The translations under genes were made by a program, and so were the position numbers. DNA of 64,000 nucleotides from Faecousia sp. (GTDB lineage Bacteria > Bacillota > Clostridia > Oscillospirales > Oscillospiraceae): contig JAZRIT010000062.1 of the NCBI GenBank assembly GCA_045645385.1, forward strand, positions 25,088 through 89,087, read 5' to 3'. Positions 57,420 to 64,000 of the stretch are shown piece after piece. The notes beneath the pieces are model-generated. The model saw only the letters and a program-made list of their open reading frames with translations. It was not told the origin of the DNA and searched no databases. Position 1 is the first letter of the stretch. Every line of letters begins with the position of its first letter.

Positions 57420-58658
57420 TTATTGCAGCTGGGTGATCACCAGGTGGGCGGAAACAGGTCTGGTCCCCCCTGCCAGCGGGGTAATGGTCAACGCGGCAGC
57501 GGTACCCTCGGGATTCCGCACAGTCAGAACCGAGTCCGTAACGGTGGTTTCCACGATCGCCATTCCCACAATTTGGGATGCGCCTGTTGCGCGGCCAGCC
57601 ACAGTATATGCCAGATCCTCGCCGTTTAAGGTCAGGATCAGCTGGCCTGCTTCGGTCACGCTGACCTGAAACAGCACCTGATAAGTGCCGATCTGCGCCA
57701 AGCTAAAGGAATCAGCGCCGATTCTGGCAATGCCGGTTCCGCTGTTGGGTCCGTCCTGAGGGAAGCTGACATCCGTTCCGGGCACGACGGCGGCAGCATT
57801 GTCGGGCGGCATCAGGGCATAGAAATCCGCAAAGCCCAGGACACCCCCGGTAGGCCCTTGCAGGCCGGCAGGGCCGGTTTCACCTGCAGGCCCTTGCGGG
57901 CCGGCAGGACCGGTAGCACCGGTAAGACCCTGAGGGCCGGCAGGTCCGGTTTCACCGGCAGGTCCTTGGGGGCCGGCAGGACCTTGCGGGCCGGCAGGGC
58001 CGGCAATACCGGCAGGTCCTTGGGGACCCACAGGACCGGTTTCACCTGCAGGCCCTTGCGGGCCGGCAGGGCCGGTAGCACCGGTAAGACCCTGAGGACC
58101 GGCAGGTCCTTGGGGGCCCACCGCGCCGGTTTCACCGGCAGGGCCTTGGGGACCCACAGGGCCGGCTACACCCGCAGGACCTTGGGGGCCCACAGGGCCG
58201 GCTACGCCGGCAGGACCTTGCGGGCCGGCAGGGCCGGCAATACCGGCAGGTCCCTGCGGACCAACCGGACCGGCTTCGCCTGTAGGACCTTGTGGGCCCA
58301 CAGGACCGGCTACACCGGCAGGACCCTGCGGACCGGCAGGACCGGCAATACCGCCAGGTCCCTGCGGACCCACAGCACCGGTCTCACCGACAGGTCCCTG
58401 GGGACCCACAGGACCGGCCACGCCTTCCGGTCCCTGCGGACCTACAGGGCCTCTCACACCGGGAACGCCCTGCGGACCGGCTGGGCCTCTCGGACCTACC
58501 GGCCCCTGAGGGCCTGCAGGACCCGGCGGGCAATTGGTACAGCCGCACCCATATTCCCTTTCTGTACAGCCGTACTCCCTGGGATGGTGGCGTTTGCAGG
58601 AATCATCGTCAAATTGCGGTTCACAGCTTCTGTCATCGAATCCATTGTATCTGTTCAA
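57420..58658 (-). CDS. Collagen-like (BclA-type) spore surface protein
   Basis: Cys-rich N-terminus without a signal peptide, about 75 Gly-X-Y triplets, beta-rich C-terminal domain; TTG start after GAGGAGG. Confidence 0.85.
   Translation of the reverse strand: MNRYNGFDDRSCEPQFDDDSCKRHHPREYGCTEREYGCGCTNCPPGPAGPQGPVGPRGPAGPQGVPGVRGPVGPQGPEGVAGPVGPQGPVGETGAVGPQGPGGIAGPAGPQGPAGVAGPVGPQGPTGEAGPVGPQGPAGIAGPAGPQGPAGVAGPVGPQGPAGVAGPVGPQGPAGETGAVGPQGPAGPQGLTGATGPAGPQGPAGETGPVGPQGPAGIAGPAGPQGPAGPQGPAGETGPAGPQGLTGATGPAGPQGPAGETGPAGLQGPTGGVLGFADFYALMPPDNAAAVVPGTDVSFPQDGPNSGTGIARIGADSFSLAQIGTYQVLFQVSVTEAGQLILTLNGEDLAYTVAGRATGASQIVGMAIVETTVTDSVLTVRNPEGTAAALTITPLAGGTRPVSAHLVITQLQ
57849..58523 (-). repeat. 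Collagen Gly-X-Y repeat region
   Basis: GPAGPQGP-type units with 9-bp and 36-bp periodicity. Confidence 0.92.
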
Positions 58659-58689
58659 TATACTCCCTCCTCATATTCCGTTTGCGCTA

Positions 58690-58719
58690 CATCTTATGTG
58701 TTTTCGGCATATTCTGACA
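58690..58719 (-). promoter_or_regulatory. Possible mother-cell (sigma-K/E) promoter
   Basis: Minus strand TCA-16 nt-CATAAGATG upstream of the collagen-like gene. Confidence 0.4.
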
Positions 58720-58909
58720 CATCGGCAGGCAGGTGAGCCCTCTTCTCTCTAACAGCACCGCCCTATTCTATGCGGCAGCGGTTACAGATGTGCTTGTACA
58801 AATTCTCCCTGCAGTGCTGCCGGTAAGCGCAGGCAGCTGCATACGACTTGATTTCCCGTTGCTTTTCATATATAATTACATTGGTTTAAAATTGCAAAGG
58901 GGATTTATT

Positions 58910-59782
58910 ATGAAGAAGCTCTTACAGTCACTCAAGTGGAAAAATTTTATTTTCTTACTGATTGCAGGATGCGTCAATGCCGTTGGTGTGACCGTCTTCT
59001 TAGCGCCTGTAAAATTGTATGACAGCGGCATTTCGGGTACTTCCATCTTGCTTTCGCAAATCACGCCTGCATATTGGACGCTGTCTGTATTTCTCCTGCT
59101 CCTGAACATCCCGCTTTTCCTGTTCGGCCTTAAAAAGCAGGGCTTTGCCTTTACGGTATATTCCTTATTTACTGTCGCGGTGTACTCCATAGCGGCGTGG
59201 CTGATAACCGATATTTTGCCGATCGATGTCAGCATCGCTTCCCCCCTTGCGGGTCAGGATCTGTTGCTGTGCGCGCTGTTTGGCGGTATCATTTCGGGTA
59301 TCGGCAGCGGTCTTACCATCCGAAACGGCGGCGCAATTGACGGCATTGAGGTTATGGCAGTTATCTTTTCAAAAAAGCTTGGCATTACCGTGGGAACATT
59401 TGTGATGATCTACAATGTGATCCTGTATGTCATTTGCGGAATCGTGAAACAAAGCTGGATCTTGCCCCTGTACTCTATCGTGACCTATGCCGCAGGCCTC
59501 AAAACCATCGACTTCGTCGTGGAAGGTATCGACCGTTCCAAGTCCGTTATGATCATCACGGACAGGGCAAAAGAAATCAATGCGGCACTTACGGAAGAAT
59601 TCAAGTGCGGAACGACCCTGATGTCCGCAATCGGCGGATATTCCAATGCAGAAAAAACCGTTATTTACTTTGTGGTCAACAGGTTTCAAATTTACAAAAT
59701 GAAGAATATCGTACACGCCATTGACCCTAAGGCTTTTGTAACCATCAGCGAAGTTGCGGATGTATTCAAAAGCAATGATTAA
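58910..59782 (+). CDS. YitT family membrane protein
   Basis: GISG, LNIPLF, GGAIDG, IDPKAFV C-terminal domain. Confidence 0.9.
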   Translation: MKKLLQSLKWKNFIFLLIAGCVNAVGVTVFLAPVKLYDSGISGTSILLSQITPAYWTLSVFLLLLNIPLFLFGLKKQGFAFTVYSLFTVAVYSIAAWLITDILPIDVSIASPLAGQDLLLCALFGGIISGIGSGLTIRNGGAIDGIEVMAVIFSKKLGITVGTFVMIYNVILYVICGIVKQSWILPLYSIVTYAAGLKTIDFVVEGIDRSKSVMIITDRAKEINAALTEEFKCGTTLMSAIGGYSNAEKTVIYFVVNRFQIYKMKNIVHAIDPKAFVTISEVADVFKSND

Positions 59783-59785
59783 CGC

Positions 59786-59823
59786 AAAAGGCAGCCGCCT
59801 GCAATCGTGCAGGCGGCTGCCTT
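59786..59823. terminator. Bidirectional terminator
   Basis: AAGGCAGCCGCCTGCA-ATCG-TGCAGGCGGCTGCCTT between convergent genes. Confidence 0.75.
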
Positions 59824-59860
59824 GGTATTTGGGGTGTTGGTATCGGGCACAGGCCGTTCT

Positions 59861-61054
59861 TCAATAGAAAAAACCGGCGCCTTCGTGGACATAGCCGCCG
59901 CTTAGGTAGCGCTGTTTGATTGCCCGTTGCAGGCCGGTGTCTTCCGGTAAATTAGGGTAGTCCCGGTAGCCGATGGGCAGAGGGTACACAAAATCAAAAG
60001 CATCCGCGCCTGCGCTTTTTAAGGGAACTTTGATAAACCGGTTTTGGAACTGGAGAATCTTACTGTCCGGTTTCAGCATATCTTTTAAATCCTCGGATAG
60101 CAGCCAGGATTCGCAGAACATCGCCTTGAAAGGCATATCCGGGTAGCAGGTAGCGAAAATCACCCTGGCCCGGTCGATGGAAGCCTGCACGGTTTCCGCG
60201 TCAAAGCTGCCCTGGCGGGGAATGTGGATTCTCGGCACCAGGTCATCATCACACAAAACCTGTGTCCACTCCGGTTTGGAAAGCGTGATGGTTTCCTTTT
60301 CCACGATACCTTTAATAACCGGGTGGCCGGCGACTGCGGTTTCGGTTTCCGTGACGACCGCCGCAAAGCTATCCGCCGGATCGTCACAGCCGGCAGCGCC
60401 CAAAATTCTGCCGCTGCGGTGAAGGGTCAAACCGTCCGCCAGCACCACCGTTTCCTCCCCCTTGCGGAAGATACGGACATTCTCCAAAAAACGCCCGGGA
60501 ATGTCATAGTTCAGCCGACCAATATTGATCAATCGATTTTCAATCACCGTACGCATCCAGCTGAGCAAGCGCACGGTCATCGTGGGACGACCGTCCCGAT
60601 AGACTCCATCAGCAATACACCTGTCATACTCCTGCATCGTCCCGGCAATCACATCCTCCGGCAGAGCCCGGTCACGCAGGTATGCCACACTGTCCAGCAT
60701 CGTGGGAATAGCCGGGTAGATGTACAGCAGGTCATACCCAATGCCCTCGCCCTTAGGGGGCGCATACTCCGGCCAGGCCGGGTCGCCGCCCTCTTTGAGC
60801 CAAGCCTCCAAAAGACAGACCAGCAGGCACAGGGCAGGATTCGCGCCAATGTCTTGCGCTCCCCGGAGAATTTCACTCCGGTAGGGCGCAAGGGCGTAAC
60901 AATCTGACAGGGTCTGGCTGATAAAATCCTCGGACAAAATCTTCTCTGCGTGAGCTTCCCAGGTATCGGCCATCCCCCTGTAAAGGGCGGGAAAGGCTCT
61001 GGGAATCCGGGGCAGGGACAGCGCCCTTTGCATTTCATTCAGTGTCATAATCAT
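59861..61054 (-). CDS. Putative acyltransferase (DUF5596/GNAT-like C-terminal domain)
   Basis: IGRLNY, IHIP..G, CESWLL, SKILQFQ, TGLQR pattern. Confidence 0.6.
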   Translation of the reverse strand: MIMTLNEMQRALSLPRIPRAFPALYRGMADTWEAHAEKILSEDFISQTLSDCYALAPYRSEILRGAQDIGANPALCLLVCLLEAWLKEGGDPAWPEYAPPKGEGIGYDLLYIYPAIPTMLDSVAYLRDRALPEDVIAGTMQEYDRCIADGVYRDGRPTMTVRLLSWMRTVIENRLINIGRLNYDIPGRFLENVRIFRKGEETVVLADGLTLHRSGRILGAAGCDDPADSFAAVVTETETAVAGHPVIKGIVEKETITLSKPEWTQVLCDDDLVPRIHIPRQGSFDAETVQASIDRARVIFATCYPDMPFKAMFCESWLLSEDLKDMLKPDSKILQFQNRFIKVPLKSAGADAFDFVYPLPIGYRDYPNLPEDTGLQRAIKQRYLSGGYVHEGAGFFY

Positions 61055-62397
61055 TAGTCCACAACGCCGTTGGCGATGACCTTCTGGTAGTAGTACCAGC
61101 TGTCACGGGGGAAGCGCTCCTTGGTCTCGTAGTTGACCTGGGTCAGACCGAAGATATGGTCATAACCGCCGGAGCCCAGCTCGTTGGTGTCCATGACAGA
61201 CCAGCAGAAGTAGCCCTTCAGAGGCGCGCCGGCTGCGATGGCCCGGGAAGCGGAACGCAGATGCTCACGCATATAGTCAATACGGTACTCGTCTCTGCGC
61301 TCTTCCTCGAAATTGCCCCACTTCTTCTTGGAAATACCGTTTTCGGTGATGACCATGGGAACGCCGGGGTAGGTACGGTGGACATACATCACCGCATCAT
61401 AAAGGCCCTGGGGATAGCACATAAAGCCGTAGTCATCCTTGGGGATCTTGGGATTCTCAAAAGTCTTGTAGCGCATGGGCTCGTTCTCGTCGTAACGGGC
61501 AAAGTTGGGGTTATAGAGGTTAATGCCCACAAAGTCCATAGGCTCGAATTCCTCTGCCAGCTCCTTGGGCAGATTCTCGGGGACCTTTTCGGCAATGTAG
61601 GGCTCTTCCAGCAGCACCTTAGGGTACTCGCCCTTGAGCATAGTGTCCAGCCACCAGCCGGAGTAGTAAGCAAAGTAGCGCTCGGCAGCGGCCTCGTCCT
61701 TGGGATCGGTGGACAGGCTGTAGGTAGGCTCAACATGGATAACAGCGCCGATCTTGCCGGGCAGATTCATGCTCTTGTAGAGCTTGACGATGCGGTAGTG
61801 GGCCAGGAGCATATTGTGGCAGCCCAAGATCGCCTTAGCCTGGTCCTTGATGTAAGGCGCGGTCTTGCCGTTGGCGTAAGCAGCCATACAGTTGATGTTG
61901 GGCTCGTTGACGGTGGTCCAGTAGGCGACCTTGTGACCCAGGGCCTTGAAGCAGGTTTCTGCATACTTAACAAACCAGTTGGGGAAATCAGGGTTCAGCA
62001 GACCGCCCCGCTCCAGCACCCAGTAGGGGATGCAGCAGTGGTACAGATCGAAGTAGGGGGTGATGCCGGCTTCGTTCAGGGCGTCGATCATATCGCTGTA
62101 GTAGTCAAGACCTGCCTGGCAGACCTCTTCCGGGCCGTTGGGGAAAATACGGGCCCAGGCGATGGAGAAACGGAAAGCCTTTAAGCCCAGCCTCTTCATA
62201 TCCAAAATGTCCTTGCGGTACAGGTAGTAGAAGTCAGCGGAGTTGGCAGGGTCAGCATTTCTCAGACGCTCCGGCTCGTGCTTGAAATAGTAGTCATAGT
62301 TGGTGACACCCTTGCCGCCTTCGGTGGGCGCCGATTCGATCTGGCAGGCAGAGCTGGCTGCGCCAAACATAAAATCTTCAGGAAACGGAAATCTCAT
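61054..62397 (-). CDS. Glycoside hydrolase family 1
   Basis: QIES, RFSIAWARIFP, VNEP (acid/base), ITENG (nucleophile), GYFCWS. Confidence 0.93.
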   Translation of the reverse strand: MRFPFPEDFMFGAASSACQIESAPTEGGKGVTNYDYYFKHEPERLRNADPANSADFYYLYRKDILDMKRLGLKAFRFSIAWARIFPNGPEEVCQAGLDYYSDMIDALNEAGITPYFDLYHCCIPYWVLERGGLLNPDFPNWFVKYAETCFKALGHKVAYWTTVNEPNINCMAAYANGKTAPYIKDQAKAILGCHNMLLAHYRIVKLYKSMNLPGKIGAVIHVEPTYSLSTDPKDEAAAERYFAYYSGWWLDTMLKGEYPKVLLEEPYIAEKVPENLPKELAEEFEPMDFVGINLYNPNFARYDENEPMRYKTFENPKIPKDDYGFMCYPQGLYDAVMYVHRTYPGVPMVITENGISKKKWGNFEEERRDEYRIDYMREHLRSASRAIAAGAPLKGYFCWSVMDTNELGSGGYDHIFGLTQVNYETKERFPRDSWYYYQKVIANGVVD

Positions 62398-62584
62398 AAG
62401 GATCGTCCTCCTTCATAAAATTCGCGTATATTATAGCATTTTGGGCTAATCTGTCAAGAAAGCCCAGTCCGTATCTTGTCGGATTTATTGCAATCCGTCC
62501 GGCGTTTATATCGTAGGGTGCTTCGTTCTTTGTCCCCTGCACGAAAAAGAATCCCGGGAAGGGTTACTTCCCGGGATGCAATTA

Positions 62585-63802
62585 TTAAATAACGTCGGTC
62601 AGGGTTGCGGCCTTGATGGCATCGGCGGCCAGGCGCAGCTGCTTCAGGCTGTAACCGGCCAGGATCTTTTCGTACATAGAAAGGATTAGCTTGGCCAGCT
62701 CGCTGTCGGCAGACAGTTCGGAGACCTCTGCCAAAACGGCCTTCGCATTCTCCAGATTCTGCTCCATACCCTCAGCCTCGGCGATGTAGCGGCGCAGGCC
62801 GGCGGCCGCGCCCACGGCGATGTAGGCAGGGGTGATGCCCATTTCCAGAGCGGTGGCGGAAGAACCGATCAGACGGTCCTGGGGAGAGAGTTTGCGCTTG
62901 GGGTCGCCGCCCACCCGCTTGCAGGTATCCTTCAGCGCCGCGTTGGTAAAGCGGAACAGAAGGTCAGAAATGTGGTTCATAATATCGCCCAGCTCCACGC
63001 CATACTTCTTGGAAAGCGCCTGCGCACTCTCCTGCATAGCGTTGCGGACAAGAATGTAAACTTCATCCTTATCGATGGACTCGTAGATGTACTCCAGGCC
63101 CAGAATGTCGCCTAAGTATGCGCAGGTGGCATGGCCCATATTATGAATGTACAGCTTTCTCTTTAAATAGAAATCAAAGGGAGCAAAGGGGACCATATTC
63201 TTGATATCGGGAATCTCACCCTTGAATGCGTCCTTGTCCACAGGCAAAAAGCCGTAGCTTTCCACGCAGACGCGCATGGGGTCGCCGTCCTTCATCTGGT
63301 CGGTCTGCACGGGGACCATACGGCCGATGGAGGCCTCCACCAGGCCGATGTTCTCATCGAACCAGGCCTGCTCCTCGACCGTCAGGTGGGCCTTGAGCAT
63401 ACCCTCGATGACCTTGTTGGCATCCATCAGATTTTCGCAGATAATGATGTTCAGCGGACCGTTCCCCAGCGCCTTGCGCTTACGGATACCGGCGACGATG
63501 TTGCCGATGATGAACTTCAGCACATTCACGCCCACGGCGGTGGCCATAATGTCGCAGTTTGCGATGGCATCAGCCACAGCATCGCTATTGTTGCCGTTAA
63601 CGGCCCGTACATTGGTCACATTGATATCCCTGTGGCCCTGGTTGGAGATGATGCGCACGGGGTAGCAGTGCTTTTCGTTGAGGGTGTTGACCACCGGCTC
63701 TGCCACATCCACAAAGGTGACTTCATAACCGGAAGCGGACAGGAGCATACCGATAAAGCCCCGGCCGATATTGCCGCCGCCGTACATAATTGCTTTTTTC
63801 AT
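62585..63802 (-). CDS. Mannitol-1-phosphate 5-dehydrogenase-like protein
   Basis: YGGGNIGRGF, TAVG, CEN, RMVP, RKLYIHNMGH, RKLS..DRL. Confidence 0.85.
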   Translation of the reverse strand: MKKAIMYGGGNIGRGFIGMLLSASGYEVTFVDVAEPVVNTLNEKHCYPVRIISNQGHRDINVTNVRAVNGNNSDAVADAIANCDIMATAVGVNVLKFIIGNIVAGIRKRKALGNGPLNIIICENLMDANKVIEGMLKAHLTVEEQAWFDENIGLVEASIGRMVPVQTDQMKDGDPMRVCVESYGFLPVDKDAFKGEIPDIKNMVPFAPFDFYLKRKLYIHNMGHATCAYLGDILGLEYIYESIDKDEVYILVRNAMQESAQALSKKYGVELGDIMNHISDLLFRFTNAALKDTCKRVGGDPKRKLSPQDRLIGSSATALEMGITPAYIAVGAAAGLRRYIAEAEGMEQNLENAKAVLAEVSELSADSELAKLILSMYEKILAGYSLKQLRLAADAIKAATLTDVI

Positions 63803-64000
63803 AAAAATCCTCTCCTTTGGTTGTTCTCGATGGCCTTATATTAGCACGGTAAATCCCAATTGTCAAAGCCTGTATGGGGAAAATTGCCAAATTTTCTGTC
63901 GCTCTTTTTTGCAAAATGTCAAAACCTAGAAACTTTTTTGAAAAAAGAATACAAAATACTATTGACTATTGATTTCGGTTGTGCGAAAATGTACAAGACC

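Overview
Mostly core chromosome of a GC-rich, probably spore-forming anaerobic Clostridia bacterium. The Oscillospiraceae-like assignment is an inference from gene content and style. Housekeeping content includes a partial araB, aspS, trmL, pgk, tpiA, a Sua5-CoaE fusion, rodA, uxaC, rplU-prp-rpmA-obgE, tadA, spoIIP, rpsF-ssb-rpsR, larA-glxK, maf-mreC-mreD-PBP2 (no mreB), a complete his operon led by a YerC/HisR regulator, a collagen-like spore protein, a GH1 glycosidase and an MtlD-like dehydrogenase. I found no rRNA, tRNA, CRISPR array, transposase or integrase. The most notable signals are: (1) a 1.6-kb integrase-less islet in the active-site codons of a low-molecular-weight phosphatase (LMW-PTP) gene, with a duplicated promoter and 5' end and arm-type-like repeats; (2) an orphan, operator-controlled three-gene operon of two tiny Cys-rich ORFs (one absent from the ORF track) plus a phage-type activator; (3) an ECF sigma factor paired with an RsgI/SEAL-PepSY anti-sigma; (4) a LarA homolog coupled to glycerate kinase; (5) two repeat-containing lipoproteins flanking an XRE switch; (6) several families of intergenic palindromic repeats, including REPINs with a fixed 24-26-24 nt geometry. 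All calls come from reading the sequence and recognising motifs; no database searches were run.
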